A stretch of 64,000 bases of DNA, taken from positions 1 to 64,000 of IMG/VR virus record IMGVR_UViG_3300030110_004304; one strand, given 5' to 3'. Positions within the stretch are counted from its first letter, which is position 1; each line of letters begins with the position of its first letter. The notes beneath the pieces were generated by a model. It did not search any database. It was not told the origin of the DNA and saw only the letters and a program-made list of their open reading frames with translations. Source of the DNA: a virus. Below, in pieces: positions 1-9,214 of the stretch. A program made the position numbers and the translations under genes.

Positions 1-146
1 ATATTTCATAATAATAGGATTTACACGGGGACGACGTTGCCCACGCAGAATTTAGGAAGGGTCGATGATCTTGGTACTCTCAGCGTGTGTATTCTCTTTA
101 TAAAAAAAAGAGGGGGGTATATTTTTCTTATAAATAATAAAGGGGG

Positions 147-154
147 TATATTTG
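147..154 (+). promoter_or_regulatory. Bacteroidota-type -7 promoter element (TATATTTG)
   Basis: Matches TAnnTTTG; 14 nt upstream of the ATG at 169. Confidence 0.45.
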
Positions 155-168
155 TAGAAAGCCATACT

Positions 169-339
169 ATGGAATTTATAGCACCTTTCTATTATCATAA
201 AATAAAAAAACAGATCGCAGTAGCTTTTCATGATGAAGAGAATGAAGAAGTAATAATTATTGCGTATGACACAGAAGGCACTCCTACAAATATAGAACAT
301 GTTATAATAGATAATGATTATATGGAGGAAACCTTATAG
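169..339 (+). CDS. Small acidic hypothetical protein (56 aa)
   Basis: In-frame ATG inside track ORF 37..339, downstream of the promoter-like box; MEFIAPF...EETL. Confidence 0.5.
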   Translation: MEFIAPFYYHKIKKQIAVAFHDEENEEVIIIAYDTEGTPTNIEHVIIDNDYMEETL

Positions 340-415
340 GTTTACTATATATAAGTTTTTCATGGCAAATTATCACTTAAGTTACTGACGCACAGGACAT
401 TAAACGAAATTAAGG

Positions 416-454
416 TATCATAAACGGTTGAGCACTAGTATCATGTTTATGATA
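416..454. repeat. 10-bp perfect inverted repeat with 19-nt spacer
   Basis: TATCATAAAC (416-425) and GTTTATGATA (445-454). Confidence 0.7.
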
Positions 455-558
455 GTCCAGGGATTATGTTTAGTATGGTTACTAGTATCACAAACGTAAT
501 ACCTCATCCTCATATGGAATTTATTTAACATATGCAAGTATTACTTTATCTTTATATG

Positions 559-602
559 TTAGTATCTAATTTGTATATTATTAGTATAAAATTTGTATAG
601 TA
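559..602 (+). repeat. Tandem 22-bp imperfect direct repeat
   Basis: TTAGTATCTAATTTGTATATTA / TTAGTATAAAATTTGTATAGTA, 19 of 22 identical. Confidence 0.65.
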
Positions 603-637
603 TAATAGTTTTTTTAATATTTGTACTATAATAATTG

Positions 638-647
638 TATATTTGCA
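638..647 (+). promoter_or_regulatory. Bacteroidota-type -7 promoter element (TATATTTGCA)
   Basis: TAnnTTTG followed by CA, upstream of the operon starting at 681. Confidence 0.6.
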
Positions 648-680
648 ATGTACTGGAATACAAAAAGAAGAAAAAGAAAG

Positions 681-953
681 ATGATCACAGTTTATCTAGA
701 TACAAAGGAAAGCGTCCTCCTTAAGTCAAAGGACAAAACGTTTCACGTCTTATACTATATCTTGAATCAAACAGATATGGAGAGAAATACATGGTATGCA
801 GACAAAGAAAACAAAGAGAGAATTATGAATAAGCTAGGGATAGCACCTCCTACTTTAGCTAAGCACATTCAATCTCTAAAAGAAAGACGGTTAATATTGA
901 CAACCGAAACAAGAGGGAAGTATATGTTAAACATGAATATATTTAGCACATGA
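681..953 (+). CDS. RepL-like winged-HTH DNA-binding protein
   Basis: VLYYIL...IMNKLGIAPPTLAKHIQSLKERRLI...RGKYMLNMNIF fits the RepL/wHTH pattern; the ATG at 681 is preferred over the TTG at 621. Confidence 0.6.
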   Translation: MITVYLDTKESVLLKSKDKTFHVLYYILNQTDMERNTWYADKENKERIMNKLGIAPPTLAKHIQSLKERRLILTTETRGKYMLNMNIFST

Positions 954-1243
954 TAGAAATAATTTTAACGATATCATTATTTTGTGTAGGACTAAGGGCT
1001 ATAACAGATCCTGGAAAGGTTCTAGATTCTATAAGATATTATGTAAAAGAGAAATTACCCATATATATAGGAAAGCCAATATGCTTATGTGCTCCGTGCA
1101 TGTCGAGTGTTTGGGGGACAACAATATACTGGGTATTCTACGGAACGAGTTTACAAGATATTCCAGAATGGATATTAGTAACAATCGCAGCTTCATACGT
1201 AAATTGGTTTTTATGGGAGCTATTAATTAAAATAAGTAAATAA
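950..1243 (+). CDS. Small membrane protein, DUF1360-like
   Basis: Hydrophobic segments plus CLCAPCMSSVW, resembling the CxxCxxxW motif. Confidence 0.5.
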   Translation: MIEIILTISLFCVGLRAITDPGKVLDSIRYYVKEKLPIYIGKPICLCAPCMSSVWGTTIYWVFYGTSLQDIPEWILVTIAASYVNWFLWELLIKISK

Positions 1244-1258
1244 CAAAAAACAAGTAAA

Positions 1259-1483
1259 ATGGCAAAAGTTAAAGAAATGACAACGGCTACTGAGGTTAAA
1301 GAAAAGTCAGCAGATGCTCTTATGAAAGAGGCAGCTGAAAAGAGAGAAGCAATTAGAAAACAATGCGGAGAAGAAGTGAATGCTATTCTCGAAAAGTACG
1401 ATTGTGCTCTAACTGCTCAAATGCTCATCGGGGAGCGAGGAGCAATACCACAAGTGTTTATTATTGATGGAGGTAAACCATAG
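1259..1483 (+). CDS. Hypothetical protein
   Basis: Co-directional ORF with A-rich leader, 74 aa. Confidence 0.7.
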   Translation: MAKVKEMTTATEVKEKSADALMKEAAEKREAIRKQCGEEVNAILEKYDCALTAQMLIGERGAIPQVFIIDGGKP

Positions 1484-1646
1484 TTATATAAGTATAGACT
1501 TCGCAGAACTAATGAAGAAGGAACTAGATGTTAGGGAGACATTTAGGGACTATCCACAAGAAGTAGAAGTGGAGTACGCAATACAAAGAAGTACTCCACT
1601 AATATTTAAATTAACTATTACTATAAAAGACAAAGATGGGAACTAA
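1464..1646 (+). CDS. Hypothetical protein
   Basis: Fills the gap between neighbours with short overlaps. Confidence 0.55.
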   Translation: MMEVNHSYISIDFAELMKKELDVRETFRDYPQEVEVEYAIQRSTPLIFKLTITIKDKDGN

Positions 1647-1995
1647 AGAAAAATTAACAGTAGCAAAAGAAATACTAGCTACTATATTTGTATCAGCTAC
1701 TGAAAGAGCTACGACATCTGGAATGAAATTTAAATATTCTAGCTATCCGGTAGACGTGGACGGCAAAAAGGGTTGGAAATTTGAAGTAATTGTGGCCCAA
1801 GCAGGATATCAACCGAGAACTGTACAAGAGTTCAGTTTTCAAAGACCAGAGAACATTGACGCCAAAAACATGGAGTATAATGTAATACTACATGTTCTTA
1901 CAGAAGTAACTCAAACTGCTCTTCTTAGCTGGTACCAACTAGGAATAATGTTAAATGTAGATGAGGAGCTTCGAACAGAAGCAAAGAACTTATGA
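1636..1995 (+). CDS. Hypothetical protein
   Basis: 119-aa ORF with ATGA coupling to the next gene. Confidence 0.7.
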   Translation: MGTKEKLTVAKEILATIFVSATERATTSGMKFKYSSYPVDVDGKKGWKFEVIVAQAGYQPRTVQEFSFQRPENIDAKNMEYNVILHVLTEVTQTALLSWYQLGIMLNVDEELRTEAKNL

Positions 1996-2465
1996 TAAAA
2001 AAGATTATCACATTACCAACGAATGACAGCAAGATCTATAAGCAAATACTGGCCTTCTTAAACTTCATGTTAGAAATAACGCCACAAGAGAGAGAGGTAC
2101 TTTCCGAACTTATTAGATTGAACCACGAGTATGAGGCTTTGCCTGTAGAGAAGCGGGCAAAGTTCATACTATCTACTGACATGCGTAAAGAAACCAGGGA
2201 GCTACTGCAACTAGAAGAAAAACATTTTAACGGGGTAATCTCTAGGTTAAAAAAGAAAAAGTTTTTAGGAAAACCTATTTTAAATGAAAAAAATATAATA
2301 CATTCAGAGTTGTTGTTTAAACCAGATTCTGAAGGATTCAGAATAGAAATAACATTAAAAAATACTCCAAATGTGTCCTACCAAAAAAAGTCTGTTGAGC
2401 TTCCTCCAGAAGAAGAGCCCGAGCAAGTTGAAGTTACTATCGACTTACCTCAAAAAGAAGAATGA
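1992..2465 (+). CDS. Putative wHTH DNA-binding protein
   Basis: ITPQEREVL...STDMRKETRELLQLEEKHFNGVISRLKKKK helix pattern. Confidence 0.5.
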   Translation: MIKKIITLPTNDSKIYKQILAFLNFMLEITPQEREVLSELIRLNHEYEALPVEKRAKFILSTDMRKETRELLQLEEKHFNGVISRLKKKKFLGKPILNEKNIIHSELLFKPDSEGFRIEITLKNTPNVSYQKKSVELPPEEEPEQVEVTIDLPQKEE

Positions 2466-2719
2466 GCAAACAGAAAAAAATATTAAACGAAATAGCAAAA
2501 AAGAATAACATCCCTATTACAGTAGCTGAAGAAATTTATTATCTTTTTACTAGAATGATTGCGGATACAATAAGTGATAAGGATAAGAAAACAGATGGTT
2601 TGTTTGATGCAGAAAAATTTAAAACTATACACATAGGCAACTTTGGAAAGTTTAAACCGAATACTAGAAACATAAGACATGCTAACTATTGCATAACAAA
2701 AAAGAAAGATGAGAATTAA
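2462..2719 (+). CDS. HU/IHF-like DNA-binding protein
   Basis: ILNEIAKKNNI helix and TIHIGNFGKF motif typical of HU/IHF. Confidence 0.7.
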   Translation: MSKQKKILNEIAKKNNIPITVAEEIYYLFTRMIADTISDKDKKTDGLFDAEKFKTIHIGNFGKFKPNTRNIRHANYCITKKKDEN

Positions 2720-3230
2720 CTTTGAAAATAACTTTTGGGATGAATTTCCTGAACTTAAAATACCTAGTAAGTTTAATGAGTTATATTCTGCAGATACCTC
2801 AAAAGACAAAAAGAAAAGCTCACGGATCATGTGGGCTTTGCATTTACATAGCCATCCTGAATCTAAATTATACAACCTTCCAGAAAAAGAAGACGTCATA
2901 GCTAGAGACTTTATTAAAGAAAAAGATTTTAAATGGGAAACCTACTCAGAACATTTAGAGTTATATAAGAATGTAGTGTTGACACCTGCAGAACGAGCTC
3001 TACAGAATTGGGATGAGATAATGGCCCTAAGAGACAAAGGAGTGAAAGAATTTTATATTGAAGCTATTGAAGATAGAGATCCAGATATTATTTTAAAACT
3101 AGACAAAGCATTAGCACAAACACCAAAAATGTTCGACGATTTCAAAAGGATTAAACAATCTTATGAGGAAGAGAAGACTAGAAAGAAAGGAACCAGGATA
3201 CAATCGTTATCAGACTCAGATGAAATATGA
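2709..3230 (+). CDS. Probable terminase small subunit
   Basis: 173-aa helical protein overlapping the TerL start; assigned from position only. Confidence 0.45.
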   Translation: MRINFENNFWDEFPELKIPSKFNELYSADTSKDKKKSSRIMWALHLHSHPESKLYNLPEKEDVIARDFIKEKDFKWETYSEHLELYKNVVLTPAERALQNWDEIMALRDKGVKEFYIEAIEDRDPDIILKLDKALAQTPKMFDDFKRIKQSYEEEKTRKKGTRIQSLSDSDEI

Positions 3231-5398
3231 TTAGTAATGAAAACTATATACTGAAAGAAATACCCAACTACCATCCTGAACTGGAGTACTACGAGCGGAT
3301 AACATTCTGGCAAATTCAGAAAAGAAGATGTATTGAAGGATATTGGGTTGGTGGGAAATGGATGCCGGGGCCTCTATATTATTATGTAAATTTCCATAAG
3401 ATTTTATTTGAAGATGATTCGTCAGTTGCACAGGCTCTTGGGTTGCCTTGGCTTAGAGATATTGACTGGGAGCTGTTTCTTTGCTATGAAGAGTGCAGGG
3501 GATTTTCTGGATTTTCTGAAGATGAGTTGCATACTTGCGACAGAAGATATGGGCCCGAAAAAGAATTGTCTATTCAATTGGGCAGGATAACAAAAGAAGA
3601 AGCCGAATCTAAAAAATATATTCCCGCAAGAGATTACCTCAACAAGATACACGATAAAGCATTAGGAAAACCATTATATAAAAATAACTCTAAGCATTTT
3701 ATAAGTATACAATCTAGGGGTGGGGGTAAGTCTTATGCTTCTTCTGGCCTATCAAATCATAACTATCTTTTTGATGGGGCTACAGATTATGATAACTATC
3801 TTAAAAGAAAAAAGGCTAAAGAATATATAGCTTCTGATACTATTATCGGGGCCATCGATACTAAGTATACTGAACCATTAATTAAAAAATGTAAAGCAGC
3901 TTTTGAACATTACGCCGGATCATATAGGATTGGCGACGAGTTTTATCCATCCCCACTTATGGTAGGATATACTGGCTCACTAGCACCTAACAGAGAGTAC
4001 ACATCCAAAACCGGATCTTTATTACGACACAGAACTTTTAAAGATAATCCGCTAGCAGCAAATGGTACACGTCCCAACTTATGTATCCTGGATGAGATTG
4101 GGTTCATGAGTAATATAAAAGAAGCCTGGGGAGCAATTGAAGCAACACAAGCTTCTAAGCAGAAAAAGAATTTAGTTATATGGGCTTTAGGAACAGGGGG
4201 ACTTGTTTCAGGACAAGCAGCTCTATATGCAGAATCTATCTTCAGAAATCCTTCAGAATATAACTGCATTACCTTTAATGATGAGTACGAAAACAGAGGG
4301 ACGATAGGTTATTTTGTACCGTACTGGAAAACACTTAATGAATTTAAAAAGGGGCCTAACAAAGAGACAGATGAGGTTAAAGCACGGATGTATATAAAAT
4401 CTAGAAGAGATTCTGCTAAAAAAGCAAATGATCCTTCAGTATATCATACAGAAATAATAAATGGTCCTATTCTACCATCAGAAGCATTCTTAGTTGTAGA
4501 AGGAGCGTACTTTCCAACATTATTATTAAAAGAACAATTATCAGAATTAGAAGGAGGAAAATATAAAAAATATCAAGAAGGATCTTTTAAAGGTTCTTTA
4601 TTATATACTAAGGATGATACTATAGATTTTAACACAATACAAGGAGCTCAGCCAATAAAGAACTTCCCACTATCAAAAGGAGAAGATAAAAAAGGAGCTG
4701 TAGAACTTTGGGTTAAACCACAAAAAAATGATGAGGGAGTAATTCCTTACGGAACATACATAGGAGGAATGGATGTTGTAGATAAGGCAAGAAGTACCAC
4801 AGACTCACTACCTTCTATCCTTATAATGAATAGATATACACGACAGATAGTAGCAGAATACACAGGACGAACTGACGATCCTAACGAATTTTATGAAGTT
4901 TGTAGGAAATTATTACTGTATTATAATGCCACAGGCATGTACGAACAAAACCTTCCTGGCCTTTTTACGTACTTTGAAAAGAATAAATGCTTATATTTAC
5001 TGGCAGATACTCCCTATCAACTACGTAATTCTGATACTTATAGACAAGGGACTAATACTTCTAAAGGTATTAATGCTTCAGGGAAAGTAAATCAAACTGC
5101 AAGAGATTTTATTAAATCTTGGTTATTAGAGAAGGTATCAGAAAACTCAGAGAAGAGAGTGATAGAAACAATATACTCTCCAGCTTTGGTAAAAGAACTC
5201 ATCATGTGGAACCAATATGGTAACTTTGATAGAGTATCTTCTTTAGGAATGTTACTGTGGCATGACGCCACAACTAGAAGACAGACAGAAAAAAGAAGAG
5301 AAGAAACTAAAGGATTTTTAGACGATCCTTACTGGGATAAGATGGGAGTAAAGAAAAAGAAGCCTTTTTATAAGGGAACTTCAAGTTTTTATAATTAA
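3227..5398 (+). CDS. terL: Terminase large subunit
   Basis: Walker A SRGGGKS, Walker B LCILDEIG, GTGG coupling motif, RNase H-like IGGMD...D and GNFDRVS; upstream of the portal. Confidence 0.95.
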   Translation: MISNENYILKEIPNYHPELEYYERITFWQIQKRRCIEGYWVGGKWMPGPLYYYVNFHKILFEDDSSVAQALGLPWLRDIDWELFLCYEECRGFSGFSEDELHTCDRRYGPEKELSIQLGRITKEEAESKKYIPARDYLNKIHDKALGKPLYKNNSKHFISIQSRGGGKSYASSGLSNHNYLFDGATDYDNYLKRKKAKEYIASDTIIGAIDTKYTEPLIKKCKAAFEHYAGSYRIGDEFYPSPLMVGYTGSLAPNREYTSKTGSLLRHRTFKDNPLAANGTRPNLCILDEIGFMSNIKEAWGAIEATQASKQKKNLVIWALGTGGLVSGQAALYAESIFRNPSEYNCITFNDEYENRGTIGYFVPYWKTLNEFKKGPNKETDEVKARMYIKSRRDSAKKANDPSVYHTEIINGPILPSEAFLVVEGAYFPTLLLKEQLSELEGGKYKKYQEGSFKGSLLYTKDDTIDFNTIQGAQPIKNFPLSKGEDKKGAVELWVKPQKNDEGVIPYGTYIGGMDVVDKARSTTDSLPSILIMNRYTRQIVAEYTGRTDDPNEFYEVCRKLLLYYNATGMYEQNLPGLFTYFEKNKCLYLLADTPYQLRNSDTYRQGTNTSKGINASGKVNQTARDFIKSWLLEKVSENSEKRVIETIYSPALVKELIMWNQYGNFDRVSSLGMLLWHDATTRRQTEKRREETKGFLDDPYWDKMGVKKKKPFYKGTSSFYN

Positions 5399-5405
5399 AT
5401 TTGCA
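5396..5405 (+). promoter_or_regulatory. -7 promoter element (TAAATTTGCA) upstream of portal
   Basis: TAnnTTTG overlapping the TerL stop codon. Confidence 0.5.
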
Positions 5406-5423
5406 TATTAACAAAAAAACATT

Positions 5424-7886
5424 ATGAGCCAAGATTCGCCAAAGATGCAACCATATATCAATTTTCCCAGACAGAAATTATCTGACAAAAAAAAGGACGA
5501 GAAGTGGTACAAGAAGAACGTAGAATTTGCTGCTAACATATTAGTTTCAGACTACAACTTAAGAGAAAACTTTGTAAACAAAAGAACAAATTATAATCTA
5601 AGATCAAACATAATAAACTCTAGAGACTTTGAAAAGTTTATTAATCCAGATGGTTTAGATTTAGAATCGCTTCCTGCAAGCTTCCAACACATTGGAATAG
5701 AAAATAGCAAAATAAATTTACTAGTAGGAGAATATTCAAAAAGAAGAAAAGAGTATAGAGCATATTTATCAGCCACAGACGAAGAAGGCATTACAAGAAA
5801 AGAAACAGAATTAAAAAGCCAACTAGATGCGGAGCTCATGGAAATCATCCAGACAACATCTATCTCAGAAGAAGAAGTACAAAAAAGATTACAAGAATTT
5901 GAGAAGTATCAAAAATATGACTATCAAGATATCGCTGAAATCACTGCTAACAAAATTCTCAAACGTGAGTACAAAGAGCAAGATTTGGGTTTCTTATTTA
6001 ATAGAACTTTTGAAGATTTATTGGTAGGAGGAGAACAAATTGTTTATTGCGGCGTACTTGGTGGCGAGCCCGTAATGCGAAGAGTGAATCCTATGAATCT
6101 ATATACTATGGGTGGAAACTCTATGTTTATAGAAGATTCTGACATTATAGTTGAATATGGTTATCAATCAGTTGGTCAAGTAATAGATGACTATTGGGAT
6201 GAGCTAAAAGAAAAAGACGTAGAGTTTTTAGAAACAGGAGCAAGTGATTCTAGTGAAACCAGTACTTTAGGATTAAATAGAGATATATCTGTTTTTGATT
6301 ACTATGGTGAAGAACAGGCCTTATCTATTTTTAAACCTAATGAAATGGGATTAAGAACTTTTGCAGGAGCTTTCGATACTTATGGAAATGTAAGAGTTCT
6401 TAAAGCTTCTTGGAGATCTAGAAGAAAGATAGGAAAAAGAAAATACTACGATGAAGATGGTGAAGTGCAGTATGATTTTGTAGCAGAAGATTATGAAATA
6501 AAAAAAGATTTAGGAGAAGAAGTAAAATGGATGTGGGTTAATGAGTGGTTACAAGCAACTCAGATTGCAGATGATATTTTTGTATCAATGGGACCAGTTC
6601 CTTTTGCATCTAAATCTATGGTGAATCGTTCTAAAGGAACGCCTCCTTACATAGGATCAGTAAACAGCACTAATGATTATAGAGTTCAATCTCTTACTGA
6701 TATCATAAAGCCTTTAGCTTATTCATATGATATTGCTTATTATAAAAGAGAATTAGAAATTGCAACTTATAAAGGAAACTTTGCTGCAATTAATGCGTCT
6801 ATGATACCTTCAGGATGGGAACCTAAAGAATGGATTAAATATGCTACAGTAAATAAAATAGCTTGGTTAGATCCTACATCTGAAATCCTTAAAGGACCGT
6901 CTCAAGGAAAATCTGCAGGAGCATTTAATACATTAACTGCTACCAGTGTCCCAGTGGGAGATCCTTCAACTATTCAACTATATACTAATTTATTATTAGA
7001 AATTGAAGCTACTCTAGGAAAACTAGCAGGAGTTACAGGAGCAAGAGAAGGACAAATACAAAACCGTGAAGCTGTAGGAAATGTTAATAGAGAAGTTACT
7101 CAGACATCTCATATTACTGAAAAATGGTTTACTATAGATGCTAACTTCCGTAAGAGAGCAATGACTAAATTCTTAGAGTGTTGTAAGTTTGCTTATAAAA
7201 AGAATCCTAAAAAGGGTCAGTTCTTATTGGATGACATGGGACAAGTAATGGTCCAGAACTTTAATGAGTTTTGTTTATCTGATTATGATATACATATTTC
7301 TAACTCTACTGCTGATACTGAATTATTCAACGAACTGAAAGCATTATCGCAAGCGGCTATCCAAAATGGTCAAGCTACTATTTCAGATTTAGTTGCTATA
7401 TCACAATCAGAATCTGTCCAGGAGATATCCAGAAAACTACAAGATTCTGCTGAAAAGATTAAAGAGCAACAACAAGAGATGCAAGAGAAACAATTGCAAC
7501 AACAGCAGCAAGCTGCTCAAATGGCTCAACAAACTGCTCAAGCTCAAATGGAACATGAAGCTATGGAAGCTGAAAAAGATCGACAAGTAAAGTATGCAGA
7601 CATACAAGCTAAGTTGGATATTGCAAATATGAAAGAGATAGCTTCGGATGTTCGAGATAGTAGAAAAGATAATAGAGATAGAGATAGTGACAATAATGGT
7701 ATTGATGATGTATTAGATCTTAGAAGAACTGATGTAGATGAAAACTTTAAAAATGATACAATTAGTATTAGAGAAGGAGAACTGCAAGAAAAGATAAGAA
7801 AGAATAAAGCAGATGAAGCTATTAAAAGAGCTTCTTTAGGATTAAAAAAACAAGAAGAGAAGCAAAAAAAGAAAAGTGAAAAATAA
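5424..7886 (+). CDS. Portal protein (crAss-like)
   Basis: 820 aa after TerL; N-terminal FPRQKLS..KK..KW typical of crAss-like portals; Q-rich coiled-coil C-terminus. Confidence 0.9.
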   Translation: MSQDSPKMQPYINFPRQKLSDKKKDEKWYKKNVEFAANILVSDYNLRENFVNKRTNYNLRSNIINSRDFEKFINPDGLDLESLPASFQHIGIENSKINLLVGEYSKRRKEYRAYLSATDEEGITRKETELKSQLDAELMEIIQTTSISEEEVQKRLQEFEKYQKYDYQDIAEITANKILKREYKEQDLGFLFNRTFEDLLVGGEQIVYCGVLGGEPVMRRVNPMNLYTMGGNSMFIEDSDIIVEYGYQSVGQVIDDYWDELKEKDVEFLETGASDSSETSTLGLNRDISVFDYYGEEQALSIFKPNEMGLRTFAGAFDTYGNVRVLKASWRSRRKIGKRKYYDEDGEVQYDFVAEDYEIKKDLGEEVKWMWVNEWLQATQIADDIFVSMGPVPFASKSMVNRSKGTPPYIGSVNSTNDYRVQSLTDIIKPLAYSYDIAYYKRELEIATYKGNFAAINASMIPSGWEPKEWIKYATVNKIAWLDPTSEILKGPSQGKSAGAFNTLTATSVPVGDPSTIQLYTNLLLEIEATLGKLAGVTGAREGQIQNREAVGNVNREVTQTSHITEKWFTIDANFRKRAMTKFLECCKFAYKKNPKKGQFLLDDMGQVMVQNFNEFCLSDYDIHISNSTADTELFNELKALSQAAIQNGQATISDLVAISQSESVQEISRKLQDSAEKIKEQQQEMQEKQLQQQQQAAQMAQQTAQAQMEHEAMEAEKDRQVKYADIQAKLDIANMKEIASDVRDSRKDNRDRDSDNNGIDDVLDLRRTDVDENFKNDTISIREGELQEKIRKNKADEAIKRASLGLKKQEEKQKKKSEK

Positions 7887-7981
7887 AATAAAGCTATAGT
7901 ATTATAGTATTTTTATAATAAAATATTGATTATAGTTTATAAAAAAAATTTTAATATTGTAAATAAATAAAGACAGCGAAT

Positions 7982-9181
7982 ATGAAAGATGGTAATGATG
8001 ACTTATTTGACGGGTTACAAATAATGTCCCCAAATGAATTAGAATCTTCGATGAAGGGAGAAACTGAAGATTCTACAGAAACTGGCGAAGGATTAACCGA
8101 TGAGCCAGAATTAACAGTAGCACCGGTAACGGCTACTACAGGAGATTTAGGAGATACTGAAGATGAACACAAGATAGTAGCTCCATCAGAGATTTCATCC
8201 AATACTGGAGAAGGAGTTTCTGACGAAAAGAAAGGAGCCTTTTATACGGCTGTGTTAAAGGAGATGATTGATGAAGGAATCATCGCAGCTCCTGAGACTG
8301 AAGAAGAACTAGAGGGTTCTTTGGAAAAAATGAAAGAATTGATGAAAGGCACATTGGAAAAATCATTTCAAGGAATGACGGACCAATGGAAAGGCGGATT
8401 CAGCGGAGCCAAAAAGAAATTTCTAGAAATAGAAGATTCTTTTTCAGATGCTGACCAAGCTATTCAAGCTGCTCAGAGATTAGAGTTCTTTGACAATATT
8501 ACAAATGAAGCTATTTCTGAAGACGAAAATCTTCAGAAAAACATTTATTATGAATATCTAAAATCTAAAAACTTCAGTGATACTGAAATTAGAGAACAGA
8601 TAGAAGATGCTTCTGCAATAGGTAAGTTAGAAGAAAAAGCTAAAAAAGCTGTTCCAATCTTAAAAAAAGAATCTCATCAATTTGTTGAGTCTGCTAAAGA
8701 AGCCAAAGCTCAACAAGAACAAGAGTGGGAAAGACAAAGAGAAGAGAGTTATAACAACCTAATGGGAGCTATCGATACTAAAGATAGTTTCATTGATGGC
8801 CTAAAATTAACAAAGGTCACAAGAGAAAAATTAAAAGCCAATATCACAAAACCTGTTTATACAGATGATAACGGCAGAGGATACACTAGCTTAATGTATA
8901 AACAAATGAGAAATCCTCATGAGTTTGAAATGTTAGTAAACTATTACGATCAATTAGGATTATTTGACCTAAATAAAAAAGGACAATTTACTCCTAATAT
9001 TAGTAAGTTTAAAAACATTGCTAAAACAAAAGCTGTATCAGAAATAGATAAAATTATTGCTTCTGAAAATGAAAGAGGTGTAGGTAGAAACAGTTCTATG
9101 GATACCACAGAAAGAAGCAAAAGTATACTTGACTTATTAGACAGAAGTCCACTAGGTCAAAAAAATAAAAGGAATAAGTAA
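7982..9181 (+). CDS. Putative capsid scaffolding/assembly protein
   Basis: Acidic disordered N-terminus, coiled coil, located between portal and MCP. Confidence 0.65.
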   Translation: MKDGNDDLFDGLQIMSPNELESSMKGETEDSTETGEGLTDEPELTVAPVTATTGDLGDTEDEHKIVAPSEISSNTGEGVSDEKKGAFYTAVLKEMIDEGIIAAPETEEELEGSLEKMKELMKGTLEKSFQGMTDQWKGGFSGAKKKFLEIEDSFSDADQAIQAAQRLEFFDNITNEAISEDENLQKNIYYEYLKSKNFSDTEIREQIEDASAIGKLEEKAKKAVPILKKESHQFVESAKEAKAQQEQEWERQREESYNNLMGAIDTKDSFIDGLKLTKVTREKLKANITKPVYTDDNGRGYTSLMYKQMRNPHEFEMLVNYYDQLGLFDLNKKGQFTPNISKFKNIAKTKAVSEIDKIIASENERGVGRNSSMDTTERSKSILDLLDRSPLGQKNKRNK

Positions 9182-9214
9182 AACAAATCGTCTAACAAAT
9201 AAAACAAAAAACAA

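Noticed and set aside
340-680. CRISPR mini-array or tRNA in the non-coding gap
   Set aside because: The repeats are short, without regular unique spacers; no cloverleaf or T-loop consensus was seen.
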